In this document: positions 1 through 12,629 of the stretch, in pieces
Layout: every line of letters starts with the position of its first letter
How positions within the stretch are numbered: the stretch's first letter is position 1
DNA from: Mobula hypostoma
Lineage: Eukaryota
Direction of reading: 5' to 3'
NCBI RefSeq assembly: GCF_963921235.1
Contig: NC_086101.1
Span: forward strand, 8,310,001-8,374,000
DNA: 64,000 bases
Translations under genes and position numbers: made by a program
Notes under the pieces: generated by a model
What the model was told of the DNA's origin: nothing
Seen by the model: the letters and a program-made list of their open reading frames with translations, nothing else
The model's database searches: none

Positions 1-193
1 CCTTCCATGACCTCGGAATCATGTTTAATACCATAGGCATAAATAATGAAATTTGTTATTTTGCAGCAGTACATTGCAATATATAATAATAAAATTATAA
101 ATTACAATAAGAAGCATATATTAAAAATATATTAAATAAGTAATGCCAAAAAAAGTGAATAGATTACAGAGGAAGCATTCATGGGTTCATTGT

Positions 194-3041
194 TATTAAT
201 GAATAACACAGATAGTTATTAATGAATATGATACAGTTGGGATCACAGAGACATGGCTCCAGGGTAACCAAGGATGGGAGCTCAACATTCAGGGATATTC
301 AATATTCAGGAGAGACAGACATTAAAGTAAAGGAGGTGGGGTAGCATTGCTGGTTAGAGAGGAGATTAACGCAATAGAAAGGAAGGACATTAGCCGAGAG
401 GATGTGGAATCGATATGGGTAGAGCTGCATAACACTAAGGGGCAGAAAACACTGGTGGGAGTTGTGTACAGGCCACCTAACAGTAGTAGTGAGGTTGGGG
501 ATGGCATTAAACAGGAAATTAGAAATGCGTGCAATAAAGGAACAGCAGTTATAATGGGTGACTTCAATCCACATATAGATTGGGTGAACCAAATTGGTAA
601 GGGTGCTGAGGAAGAGGATTTCTTGGAATGTATGCGGGATGGTTTTCTGAACCAACATGTCGAGGAACCAGCTGGAGAGCAGACCATTCTAGACTGGGTA
701 TTGAGCAATGAGGAAGGGTTAATTAGCAATCTTGTCGTGAGAGGCCCCTTGGGTAAGAGTGGCCACAATATGGTGGAATTCTTCATTAAGATGGAGAGCG
801 ACATAGGTAATTCAGAAACAAAGGTTCTGAACTTAAAGAAGGGTAACTTTGAAGGTATGAGATGTGAATTAGCTAAGATAGACTGGCAAATGATACTTAA
901 AGGGTTGACGGTGGATATGCAATGGCAAGCATTTAAAGATCGCATGGATGAACTACAACAACTGTTCATCCCAGTTTGGCAAAAGAATAAACTAGGGAAG
1001 GTAGTGCACCCATGGCTGACATGCGAAATTAGGGATAGTATCAATTCCAAAGAAGAAACATACAAATTAGCCAGAAAAAGCGGTTCACCTGAGGACTGAG
1101 AGAAATTCAGAGTCCAGCAAAGGAGGACGAAGGGCTTAATTAGGAAAGGGATAAAAGATTATGAGAGAAAACTGGCAGGGAACATAAAAACTGACTGTAA
1201 AAGCTTTTATAGATATGTGAAAAGAAGACTGATTAAGACAAATGTAGGTCCCTTACAGTCAGAAACAGGTGAATTGATCATGGGGACAAGAACATGGCAG
1301 ACCAATTGAATAACTACTTTGGTTCTGTCTTCACTAAGGAGGACATAAATAATCGTCTGGAAATAGTAGGGGACTGAGGGTCTAGTGAGATGGAGGAACT
1401 GCGGGAAATACATGTTAGTAGGGAAGTGGTGTTGGGTAAATTGAAGGGATTAAAGGCAGAAAAAAATCCCCAGGGCCAGATGGTCTGCATCCCAGAGTGC
1501 TTAAGGAAGTAGCCCAAGAAATAGTGGTTGCATTAGTGATAATTTTTCAAAACTCGTTAGATTCTGGACTAGTTCCTGAGGATTGGAGGGTGGCTAATGT
1601 AACCCCGCTTTTTAAAAAAGGAGGGAGAGAGAAACCGGGGAATTATAGACTGGTTAGTCTAACATCGGTGGTGGGGAAAATGCTAGAGTCAGTTATCAAA
1701 GATGTGATAACAGCACATTTGGAAAGCGGTGAAATCATCGGACAAAGTCAGCATGGATTTGTGAAAGGAAAATCATGTCTGACGAATCTCATAGAATTTT
1801 TTGAGGATGTAACTAGTAGAGTGGATAGGGGAGAACCAGTGGATGTGGTAGCTTTGGATTTTCAAAAGGCTTTTGACAAGGTCCCACACAGGAGATTAGT
1901 GTGCAAACTTAAAGCACACGGTATTGGGGGTAAGGTATTGATGTGGATAGAGAATTGGTTGGCAGACAGGAAGCAAAGAGTGGGAATAAACGGCACCTTT
2001 TCAGAATGGCAGGCGGTGACCAGTGGGGTACCGCAAGGCTCAGTGTTGGGACCCCAGTTGTTTACAATATATATTGATGACTTAGACGAGGGGATTAAAT
2101 GCAGCATCTCCAAGTTTGCGGATGACATGAAGCTGGGTGGCAGTGTTAGCAGTGAGGAGGATGCTAAGAGGATGCAGGGTGACTTGGATAGGTTGGGTGA
2201 GTGAGCAAATTCATAGCAGATGCAATTTAATGTGGATAAATGTGAAGTTATCCACTTTGGTGGCAAAAACAGGAAAACAGATTATTATCGGAATGGTGGT
2301 CGATTAGGAAAAGGGGAGGTACAACGAGACCTGGGTGTCATTATGTACCAGTCATTGAAAGTGGGCATGCAGGTACAGCAGGCGGTGAAAAAGGCGAACG
2401 GTATGCCGGCATTCATAGCAAGAGGATTCGAGTACAGGAGCAGGGAGGTTCTACTGCAGTTGTACAAGGCCTTGGTGAGACCACACCTGGAGTATTGTGT
2501 GCAGTTTTGGTCCCCTAATCTGAGGAAAGACATTCTTGCCACAAAGGGAGTACAAAGAAGGTTCACCAGATTGATTCCTGGGATGGCAGGACTTTCATAT
2601 GAAGAAAGACTGGATCAACCAGGCTTATACTCGCTGGAATTTAGAAGATTGAGGGGGGATCTTATTGAAACGTATAAAATTCTAAAGGGATTGGACAGGC
2701 TAGATGTAGGAAGATTGTTCCCGATGTTGGGGAAGTCCAGAACGAGGGGTCACAGTTTAAGGATAAAGGGGAAGCCTTTTAGGACCGAGATGAGGAAAAA
2801 CTTCTTCACACAGAGAGTGGTGAATCTGTGGAATTCTCTGCCACAGGAAACAGTTGAGGCCAGTTCATTAGCTATATTTAAAAAGGAGTTAGATATGGCC
2901 CTTGTGGTTAAAGGGATCGGGGGTATGGAGAGAAGGCAGCTACAGGGTTCTGAGTTGGATGATCAGCCATGATCATACTGAATGGCGGTGCAGGCTCGAA
3001 GGGCCGAAGGGCCTACTCCTGCACCTATTTTCTATGTTTCT
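194..3041 (+). mobile_element. CR1-type LINE, 5'-truncated, ORF2 (APE endonuclease + RT) broken by stops/frameshifts
   Basis: ORFs 347-1099 (VGVVYRPP, MGDFN, endonuclease), 1497-2204 ([24 protein letters not shown]) and 2220-2972 (VRPHLEYCVQFW, WNSLP). 3' stem-loop GGGCCGAAGGGCCT and (CTATGTTT)-like tail. TSD ATTGT at 189-193 and 3042-3046. Confidence 0.95.
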
Positions 3042-3549
3042 ATTGTCCATTCAGAAATCTGATGGCAGATGGGAAGAACCTATTCATGAAACATTGAGTG
3101 TATGTCTTCAGGCTCCTGAAACTCCTCCTTGATGTTCGCAATAAAAGGAGGGCATGTCCTGGGTGTTGGGGCTCCTTAATAACAGATGCCGCTTTTTTGT
3201 GGCATTGCCTTTCGAAGGTATCGTCGATGTTGGTGAGAGGCTAGTGCCCATGATGGCGCTGGCTGCGTTTATAACTTTCTGCAACTTTTTCCAATCTTAT
3301 GCAGTGGTCCCTCCATATCTCCCCACAGCCTGGCTCCCAACAACCCCCACACCCCTCGCCATCTCCGTGAATCCCCCTCCAGCCCCTACACCCTTTGCCA
3401 CGTCCATGAATCCCACCACCATCCTGTACAACTCTCACTGTCTGCATGAACTTCTCCTGCTAGCCCATAGTAATTCAGAATTAAGTGTAGAAACTACTGA
3501 AAAACTGCAGTGCAGGTAAAGGATAAGGTGCAAGATCATATTGAGATAG

Positions 3550-3758
3550 CAACACTCACAACACGCTGGAGGAACTCCGCAGGTCAGGCAGCATCCGTGG
3601 AAACAATGAGTCGATGTTTCGGGCCGGAACCCTCGTCTGACGAAGTGTTCTGGCAAAACATCGACTCATCGTTTCCACGGATGCTGCCCAACCTGCTGAG
3701 TTCCTCCAGCGTGTTGTGAGTGTTGCTTTCACCCCAACATCTGCACAGTATTTTGTGT
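3550..3758. mobile_element. Palindromic mini Penelope-like element (inverted terminal-repeat pair)
   Basis: Near-perfect inverted arms 3550-3637 and 3639-3726 centred on a CTGACGA hammerhead core. 14-bp TSD TCATATTGAG[A/G]TAG at 3536-3549 and 3759-3772. Confidence 0.8.
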
Positions 3759-3878
3759 TCATATTGAGGTAGATTGTGAGGTCCAGAATCCAGCTTATCG
3801 TACAAAAGGTACATTCAAGATTCTGATAACGATGGGATAGAAGCTTTCCTCGTGCCTGGTGATAAATGCTTTCAGGCC

Positions 3879-4364
3879 GTTTTCCCAAACTATATTATGT
3901 TTAAATTTAGAAAAAATTAGAAGTGATATTTTTGATCCTTCGGTAAAATTTGAAGATACTTGGAAACCATTTATTCAACATTTTCATATGCTGTAATTTG
4001 ACCTTTCCGAATCCCTCTTATTAATTTAAAATGTATGAATAGAGGAGCGGAGTTGACGACATTACTGAACATGTTTGATTTAAGATATTGGTCTAGCCCT
4101 GTTTTGTTCCATTTGCTTTTTTGGGTTTAGTATTTAGTTTTTTTTTCTTTTTTTGGGGGGGTGTTTTCTTTGTATTGTTTTCTTTTTATTTTTTTTCTTT
4201 ATGATTAATTACATCATAAGTTTGGAAGTCTATTATACCTGTGTTACCTGAAATCTTTTTTATATATGTTTATTAACAATAAGATTATTCCAATCTCTTT
4301 GTATCAGCATTGTTATTTTGTTTATAATTTTGGAAAAATTAATAAAAAGGTTTAAAAAGAAAAG
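3879..4364 (+). mobile_element. L1-clade LINE 3' fragment with A-rich tail
   Basis: Encodes QTILCLNLEKIRS...FE.TW.PFI.HF, matching the C-terminus of the ORF at 61443-63935. AATAAA plus A-rich tail. Perfect 15-bp TSD AAATGCTTTCAGGCC at 3864-3878 and 4365-4379. Confidence 0.9.
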
Positions 4365-4379
4365 AAATGCTTTCAGGCC

Positions 4380-4830
4380 ATGGGTGGAGTCTTTGATTAT
4401 GCTGGCTGCTTTATAAGACAGCAAGAAGTATAGACAGACTCTATAGAGGGCAGGCTGGCTCTGTGATGTGCTGAGCTGTGTCCACAGCTCTCTCTAGTTT
4501 CTTCTGGCCACATGCAGAGCAGTTGCCATACCAAGCTGTGATGCATCCACTCGCAATGCTCTCCATGGGGTACCAATAAAAATTGGGAAGAGTCATGGGA
4601 CCATGACAAATTTCTTTAGCCTCCTGAGGAGATAGAGGGATTGGTGAGCTTTCTTGGCTGTGGCATCAATGTTGTTAGAGCAGAACCGGCTATTGCTGAT
4701 GCTCGCCCTTCGGAACTTGAAGTTCCCAACCCTTCAACCTCAACACCATTGATGATGACGGGAGCAAGGGCCTCCTGAAGTCAATGGCCAGCTCTTTTGC
4801 TTTGTTGACATTGAGGGAAAAGGTTGTTGT
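4380..4830 (-). mobile_element. Rex1/Babar-type LINE RT fragment (decayed)
   Basis: Minus-strand LNVNKAKELAIDFRR motif, shared with the element at 45775-46890. Confidence 0.7.
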
Positions 4831-5401
4831 CGTGCATAAACGTCGGAAAACGTTTACCACGCAGGCCAATTGGCCCAGTGTGACACTGCTGTCCATCCTG
4901 CCTCCTCTTCAGAACCTTCAGAGCTGTGTGGTCCATGGAAGGAGGAAAAGTCCCGGCCAGCTCCTCAATCCCCATCTGCCAGAGCCTATCACCACCTGTA
5001 CAAGAGTTGGTGAGCCTGCAGCAGGAGCACTGGATACAGTTTTGTTAACCCTTTCATGGAAAGGATACCATTAAGGTCAAAGGTGGGCAAGGTGCATTTA
5101 TGAAGATATTTACAGGACTCAAGGGCCTAAGTTATCGGGAGATGTTGGGCAGATGTGGACATCGCTCAGTGACACAGGAGACTGAGAAGCAATTTCACAG
5201 AGGTGAACAAATTGATGACGGGATGAAAGCACACAGTCTTAAGAGTTGTGGAATCAAAACTAGAGGGCATGCCCTCTTCTCGTCACTATCATTGGAAAGG
5301 AGGTATGGCAGCCTGAAGTCCCACAATCACCAATTCAGGAACAGCTTCTTCCCCTCCACCATCATATTTCTGAACGGTCCATGAACACCGTGCTGTTATT
5401 A

Positions 5402-5910
5402 GACCATAAGACATAGGTGCAGAATTAGGCCATTTGGCCCATCAAGTCTGATTTATTTTGCCTCTGAAACACATTCTCCTGCCTACTCCCCTTACTCATC
5501 AAGAACCTATTAACCTCTGCTATCAATATCCAATGACTGGACCTCCACATACATCTGTAGTAATGAATATCACTCATTCACTGCCCTCCTGCTGAAGAAG
5601 TTACCCCTCTCCGCTGTACTAAAGCTCATCCTGAGCTATGCCCACTGGTCCTAGGCTCTCCCACTCTGTCTGGGACTTCCAATATTTGACAGCTTTCAAT
5701 GAGCTCCTATTGCTAAACTCAGGCAAGTACAGCCCCAGAGCCATCAAACGCTCTTCATATGTTAACCCTTTCATTCCTAAGATCATTCTCATGAACCTCC
5801 TCTGGACCTTCTCTAATGCCAGCATATCCTTCCTTAGATATGGGGCCCAAAACTGCTCACAGTACTCCAAATATAGTCTGACCAATGCCTTATCAAGCCT
5901 CAGCATTACA
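5402..5910 (-). mobile_element. CR1 LINE 3' fragment
   Basis: ORF 5619-5906 reads KALVRLYLEYCEQFWAPYLRKD; (TCTTATGG)-like tail near 5402. Confidence 0.85.
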
Positions 5911-6056
5911 ACAGTTATTATTCCTTTATATTTACAATATTGAAATTTATTACAATTTTATGTCCATGTACTGCTGTCACAAAACAACAAATTTCACATT
6001 GTGATGCTAGATCTGATTCTGATAAGTTTAAGGTGAGAGGTGAAAGATTTAAAAGG

Positions 6057-6529
6057 TCCATTTTGGTGTAGAATTCTTGATCTGTTGGGGAATTGGTCGG
6101 GTTCCACACTGCCCTTGTGCCCACAGCTTTGTCTCCTGGGTGACAGGACAATGATACCTCATGTAAACAATGACAAGCTCACTATTTTAAAGATGGGTCT
6201 CATCACAGTTGCAAGAATTATATTGCAAAACTGGAAAAAAACCCAGATGCCCCACTGTGAGGGAATGGACTGAGGAAACTATTAAGATTTCATCATGTGA
6301 ACACATGTTGGGAAGAATTAACAGTGAGGAAAAAGTGCAAGACGCGTGGGATCAATTTTGGTTTTATGTTAATTTAAACTTAAATTAGAACACCTTTCTG
6401 TCTCTAAGTTTTATTTCTTTTCCTGTCGTGGGATGGCTGTGTAAATACGCTGTACTGTATCTGCTCTGTGATATGCTGCGCTGCTTTGTAAAATAAGAAT
6501 AAATAGTAATAATAATTTGAATTTTTAAA
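6057..6529 (+). mobile_element. L1-like LINE 3' fragment inserted in a CR1 remnant
   Basis: FWCRILDLL...LCLLG...ARIILQNWK resembles an L1 ORF2 C-terminus. A-rich tail. AAAAGG duplicated at 6051-6056 and 6530-6535. Confidence 0.65.
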
Positions 6530-6633
6530 AAAAGGGACTTGAGTGTCCACTTCTTTGTGGAGAGGGTGGTGTATAGATGGAATAGACTGCCTGCAAAAGT
6601 CGAGGAGATAGGAACAATTACATTTAAAAGACA

Positions 6634-6784
6634 CGAGTTTCTGCAGCTGCTGAGTAACACATACAAAACGCTGGAGAAACTCCTCATGAACCTCTGACCC
6701 CTCCGGATGAAAGTATCTCGCGCAGAAATGTCATCTCTCCCTAGATGCTGCCTGACCTGCTGAGTTACTCCAGCATTGTGTATG
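6634..6784. mobile_element. Palindromic mini Penelope-like element (degenerate)
   Basis: Arms AACACATACAAAACGCTGGAG / CTCCAGCATTGTGTATGTT. 10-bp TSD TTAAAAGACA at 6624-6633 and 6785-6794. Confidence 0.65.
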
Positions 6785-6959
6785 TTAAAAGACAGTTGGC
6801 GTGGTTCGTGGACGGAAAGGTTCAGAGGAAAATGGGCCACACGTGAACAAATGGGACGAGTTCAGGTAGGAGTCGTGATACACAAGGAGAGTCTTGCCGA
6901 ATAGTCTGTTTCAGTGCTATTTAAGTCTGTGAACACGATTAAAAGAAACTTACAAGGAT

Positions 6960-7980
6960 GTCTAATTCGCGGAGAGGTGGTGAAGGCTGAGCCCGGGAAT
7001 GGAGATAACTTTATTTGAGCGCACAGCGGCCTTGGGCCTCCTTTCGCAGCGAAGCCTTCGCTTCCTGCGGCTTTTCGCTCGCAACGGGACGGGGAAATCA
7101 CCGGCCCACCCCAGGAGACGATCAGAGGCCGAGGGACTCACACCACCACTCTCACCCTCTCCGCCCGCATACCTCCTCGCCCGGGGGCTCCGCAGGAACA
7201 CAGAGCCGGGACCTGCGCTGCGAGCCCGAATCCTGTTCCCCAGCTCCCCGGGCCCGGATCCGGATCCGAGGGGCAATCCCGGATCTTTCCGCCCGAAGCC
7301 GACCTCCCTGCTCGATAGAGAAAGCAAGGGCGGGTGAAATCACGCTGTTCCTTAGCAACCGCCTGGTGTCGGTTGCCTGGCAACGGTCGGGATCTTTTGG
7401 TGTAACAGACTCCGTGGAATCCGCTTGAGATTTCAGATCCCCACAACAAATGAGTGGTGATTCCGCTCTCGTTCCCGGGAAAGGGGGAATCGTTTTCATT
7501 ATAACTTTATATACTATTTCATATATATGTGATTATGTATAATTACATGTATCCCACCGGTTAAAGAGGAGGGAGTTTACCTGTGGTCGGGACAGGAACC
7601 GGAGGATTGTTCCCGATCTGAACGGGACTGATGCAGAAGGATGATCACACTGATGGAGAGGCCGCCGTGGATCATCACGGTCACCGTCAGTGCCCCTACC
7701 TCACCAGTGGGAGCTCGGTGGGCAGGAGAGAGCGGGACGCGGGACGGGAGGGAAGGGGGAGCCGTTCTCTCCCCCACCTCCCGCGGCTGCGGTAACGCAC
7801 TGTGCCGCTCGCTGGCTCCGGTCTGCTTCCCCACCAGGAATTCCCGAAACCCGCCGCCTCCCTCCCACCCGAGGGAGGACCTCGGCCTCGCCATGCCCCA
7901 CCAGACTCGGAGATGCAGCAGCCGACCTTCATGGTCATCCCAGAGCTCCCTCCCCTACGGGAGCGCCTCCAACGAAGGAT
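6960..7980 (-). promoter_or_regulatory. CpG island / probable promoter with non-coding first exon(s)
   Basis: Non-repetitive, GC- and CpG-rich in an otherwise CpG-depleted window. Minus-strand donor-like sites GAG|GTATGC (intron from 7172), T|GTGAGT (7141) and CAG|GTAAAC (7580). Confidence 0.65.
7347..7384. promoter_or_regulatory. Tandem RFX X-box motifs
   Basis: GTTCCTTAGCAAC (7347-7359) and GTTGCCTGGCAAC (7372-7384) fit the palindromic RFX consensus GTTNCC..RGCAAC. Confidence 0.7.
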
Positions 7981-8185
7981 TGCAGGGCATAAGGTATCGG
8001 TTCAAAACACTCACCCCTGCCTTCTCTGGGGCTATAAATGCTAGTCTCGGGCACATGTGCAGAGCAACGTTAAAGAAAGAAAAAAAAACAAGAAAATTGG
8101 CTGACTCTCAGCCTGGCAACAGTTGTGGGATCTTCCTCTGCAGAAATCCAGTGCATTCTTTCCACGCAGTGGTCCGATATGGAAC

Positions 8186-8372
8186 TATGCTGGAGGAACT
8201 CAGCAGGCCAGGCAGCATCTACGGAAAGGAATAAAAACTCGATGTTTCAGAGTGAGACCCTTCATCAGTACTGACTTGAAAGTCAGGTCATGATGAAAGG
8301 TCTTGGCCGGAAACGTCGACTCTTTATTTTCCTCCGTAGATGTTGCCTGGCCTGCTGAGTTTTTCTAGTATT
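8186..8372. mobile_element. Palindromic mini Penelope-like element
   Basis: Inverted arms TGCTGGAGGAACTCAGCAGGCCAGGCAGCATC / GATGTTGCCTGGCCTGCTGAG, with degenerate hammerhead cores on both strands. Confidence 0.7.
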
Positions 8373-8459
8373 CAGGACCTTAACACATAAGACATAGGTG
8401 CAGAATTAGGGCATTCAGCCCTTCAAATCTGCTCCACTATGGCATCATGGCTGATTTTT

Positions 8460-8740
8460 TTTTAAAGTGATACAGCAGGGAGTAGACCCGACCAGCCCTT
8501 CCAGCCACGTCCCCCAAGCAACTCACAACCCCAATTTTGTCCTAACTTATTTGGAATGACCAATTAACCGACCTGGTAGGTCTTTGGACTGGGGGAGGAA
8601 ACCGGGGCACCCAGAGGAAACCTCCATGTTCCACGGGGAGGGTGCACAAAGACTCCTCACAGAGGATGCCAGAATCGAGCTCTGAACTCTGGGATACCCC
8701 GAGCTGTAATACTGTCGTGCTAACCACCACTTTACCATGG
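8460..8740 (-). mobile_element. V-SINE-like element
   Basis: Reverse complement contains the V-domain-like GGTTTCCTCTGGGTGCCCCGGTTTCCTCCC. Related copies at about 19715 and 26133. Confidence 0.65.
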
Positions 8741-8744
8741 TGCC

Positions 8745-9085
8745 TATACGATCCCTTCCTTCTGCCTTGTCCCTGTAAACTTTGATGTCCTGACTAATCA
8801 AGAACCTCTGCTTGAAATATGCCCAATGACTTGGCCTGCTCATCCATCTGTGGGAATGAATTCCACAGATTCACCACTCTCTGGCTAAAGGAATTCCTCC
8901 TCATTTCTGTTCTAATTGGACGACCGTATTCAGAGGTGTGCCCTCTGGTCCTGGAATCACCCACAATAGTAAACATCCTCTTTATGTCCAGCCTGTCTTA
9001 GCCTCTCAATATTTGACAGATTTCAATTTAATTCCTCCCCCGTTCTTCTAAACTCCTGCGAGTATGGCGCCAGAGCCATCAAGCA
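8745..9085 (-). mobile_element. CR1 LINE 3' fragment
   Basis: ORF 8794-8976 reads SRTRGH...RTEMRRNSFSQRVVNLWNS. Confidence 0.8.
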
Positions 9086-10085
9086 CTTTTGTGTGGGTTG
9101 CTCAAGATTTCCGGCATCTGCAGAATCTCTTATGAAAGTCTCTACTTAAGTATGAAATGTGCCATCTCCTTGAACTCGCTGGCTACAGGACTGCCGGCAT
9201 CCCTGTGCCAAACTGGTCACCTCTGTTTATAAACCTCTCCTGGACCTCCCTCCCCAAAGCCACCAAAACCCTCTGTCTGCAACCCCCCCTGCACACCTCT
9301 GAGATCCTCCAATCCCAACCTTTCATTCATTCCCCTGGTCCTGGCACTAAATGATTGGCAGCTGCATCTTCAGGCACCTGGACCACTAGTATCGGTATTC
9401 CCTCACTGAACCTCTCCATGTGTCCCTCCCCTCCAGCCACTCTAACTCATATTCTCAGTATTCTTTATTTAGTTATTATTATCAGAGTATGTATACATTA
9501 CGCAACCTTGAGATTCATCTCTCTGCAGGGAGCCACAAAACAAAGAAGCCCCTAAAGAACTCAGCAAAAAAGACCATCAAATACCCAACATGTAGAGGAA
9601 TAAAAACAATATTATTAAGCAAACAGCATTCAGAACTGAAGTTTCACGGAAGTGAGTCCAGGCACAAAGGCAGATACCAGTGCAGCTGCAGCAGTCCACA
9701 GCTTCAGTTCAGCATGGAGCAGAGCTGAGTAAACACCGCAAAATCTATTGAAAGTGTCTTCCCTTCTCAGAAGAAATCTCTCTTTCCCAGAAGGCAGTGG
9801 AAACACAACTCCATGAATTCATTGAAGGCAGGTGGACATGAGAGGTGAAAGGGCATTAAGGATGGATAGGGACTTGGAGTTGAGGAGACAATTAGATCCG
9901 CTGTGATCTTACCAAATGTTGCAGCAGATTTGTGCACCGAGTGGCCTCTGACTGCTCCTAAGCTGCATATTTGTGTGGGCTCTAGACAGGCAGATAAAAC
10001 TGCCTGATGCACAGCTGGCACCAGCCTTCCTGTAGATAGAAACTCTGAGGCATCTTATTACAATTACCTGTCACCCTGACCTACA

Positions 10086-10086
10086 G

Positions 10087-10123
<37 letters not shown>

Positions 10124-10626
10124 CCCCACACACACACACACACACACACCAGCCACACACACACACACACACATATACACTCATACAATCATGCATGAAC
10201 ACAATGACTTGCAACCTTGCAGACACACACACACAGACACACACATACACAAAACACCCACACACAAACACAGAGGTACAGACATACACACACATACATG
10301 CAATCATGCATGAACACAACCACCTGCAACCATTCACACACACACACAGAAATACACATACACACACACCGACACACACACCCACACACATCCCCACACA
10401 CACACACCCCCACCCACCCATACACACACATTCACCCACGCACTCATACACCCACACACCCATAAACAAACACACAAACTCAGATACACACACAGAGACA
10501 TACACATACACCCATACACCCACCCACAAACACACACATACAGACACACACACACAAACATGCACCTACATACACACACGAGACATACATATACATACAT
10601 ACACCCACACATACACACATACACTC
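10086..10626. repeat. Compound/degenerate (CA)n microsatellite
   Basis: About 540 bp of CA/CATA/CCCA repeats with an internal duplicated unit CAATCATGCATGAACACAA. Confidence 0.95.
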
Positions 10627-10882
10627 AATTAGTTTTTGTTCTTTAAGAGTTGCCCAAATAAGTGGCTACCCTGATTAATCAGAACCTACTGTATTTAAAG
10701 TTGAGGTTGATATGTTCTTGATTAGTAAGAATGTCAAAGGTTATGGGGCAAAGGCAGGAGTGTGGGTTTGAGAGGATAATAAATCAACCATGATGGAAAG
10801 GCGAAGAAGACTCAATGGGCACTAAATGGCCTAATTCTGCTCCCACGTCTTATGACCTTCTGGTCTTATGGACAGACAGACA

Positions 10883-10917
<35 letters not shown>

Positions 10918-11675
10918 TCACAAAACGCAGTAGATGCACACAGCTTGGCAAAAACACACAGATGTTTACTCAAAACAATGCAGACATACACATATTAAAA
11001 GGGTATAAAAAGACATACAGTACAGTACAAATAATGTATTTAAATGAACTACAGAACAAATTAAAACACTACCAATACCATTACAGTACTATAAACTGTG
11101 TATTAGTTCCTAATAGTTTGTATCAATTCCTAATAGTTATTGACAGAGGAATTCATCCAGTCTACCTGTCCATTTACACTTGGACACATACAGACACAGA
11201 CTGATGAAAACAAATACAAACCCATATAAGTATTCACACAGAAATGGTCCAATATGTGTACATCAATAGACATATACACAAGACACACACATAACGTATA
11301 GTTATACATGTGGATACACGTGCAAAATGTTTACTCACACCATTACAGACACAGAAATCACCTACATAGAACTACATACTTGCCCGTTGCACTCAGACCC
11401 ACACACTGATACTTGCATTTACATGGAAAGATAATCCAATCCATGTGCATTAATACACAGACACATTTGAGGAAATGTACACAGAAACGTGAGCACACAA
11501 GCTTGCCAGATGTTCACAGCCAGACAAACATCAGCATTGAGCTCAGACATTACTTCACCTTCAGAACACTCTGGCCTGACTATTTTGGTTGCAGATCAAA
11601 TCAGTAAGGCCACGCTCAGCTCAGTATAGATCAGTGCAATAGACGCTCATTATCAGAGTGGGTCAGTTCACATTA

Positions 11676-11929
11676 CTGTCATCATCACCATCATCATTAT
11701 CATGATCACAATCACCATCAACATCATCAACACTATCATCATCACCATCGTCACCATCATCACATTCATCACCATCACCATTATCATTAGAACCATCATC
11801 ATCATCTATCTTCAGCATCATTATCATCACCATCATCATCACTATCATCAGCACCATCATCAGCAGCAGCGGCACCATCAACATCACCATCAGCACCATC
11901 TCTTTCTCCGCCATCATCATCACCATCAT
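11676..11929. repeat. Degenerate (CAT/CAC/CAG)n trinucleotide repeat
   Basis: Directly visible triplet array. Confidence 0.95.
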
Positions 11930-12629
11930 CTGCTAACGGTGCCAGCCTATGGGTCCATATGACAATTAAACAGTGTCCGGTATGTGGACAAATATCCATC
12001 CTTTATCAGTGCCTAGTAGTTGCCCAATACTGTTTGCCCTCTGCTTTCCAGCTTTTTCCTCCTTTCTCTGCGCTACCTGCCAAACTGGCACAATGGCAGC
12101 TGACGCAGTGGGTGAAGCTGTCATATTCTACGGCATTTCTTTGACCAGAGGGTGGTGAAACTCAGTACATTTAAAGTTGAGGTTGATAGCTGCTTGATTA
12201 GTAAAGGCATCAGAGGTGACAGGGAGAAGGCAGGAGAAAGGGCAGAGAGGGACAATAATTTAGCCATGATTGAATGACAGTAGACTCGATAGACCAAATA
12301 GCTTAATTCTGCTCCTCAGTTTTATAGTCTTATTATCTGGACCACTGCCCTGAAATATTTCAATAGGTTTCAATAGGTACATTTAATGTCAGAGAAATGT
12401 ATACAATATATATCCTGAAATTCTTTTTCTACACAAACATCCATGAAAACAGAGGAGTGCCCCAAAGAATGAATGACAGTTAAACGTTAGAACCCCAAAG
12501 CACTCCCCACCCCCACAGCTGCCCCCTCCTGTGCACAAACAGCAGCAAGGCAACAATCCCTCCCCACCCCCACCAGCAGAAAGCTCATGGAGGAACTCAG
12601 CATCCCGGGATCTAGTCAAAGTCAGCGTG

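Noticed and set aside
322..1065. Long antisense ORFs over CR1 copies (also 1862-2266, 37381-37953, 58990-59394)
   Set aside because: Shadow frames of CR1 ORF2; they recur only because the element is repeated.
6962..8234. Multiple overlapping 100-200 aa ORFs in the CpG island
   Set aside because: Expected in GC-rich DNA; no recognisable domain in any frame.
10071..10632. Cys/Val- and His/Thr-rich ORFs
   Set aside because: Artefacts of the (CA)n microsatellite; the same applies to 16398-17218.
11663..11999. Poly-His / poly-Asp / poly-Met ORFs
   Set aside because: Translations of a (CAT)n repeat that is open in several frames; no flanking coding signal.
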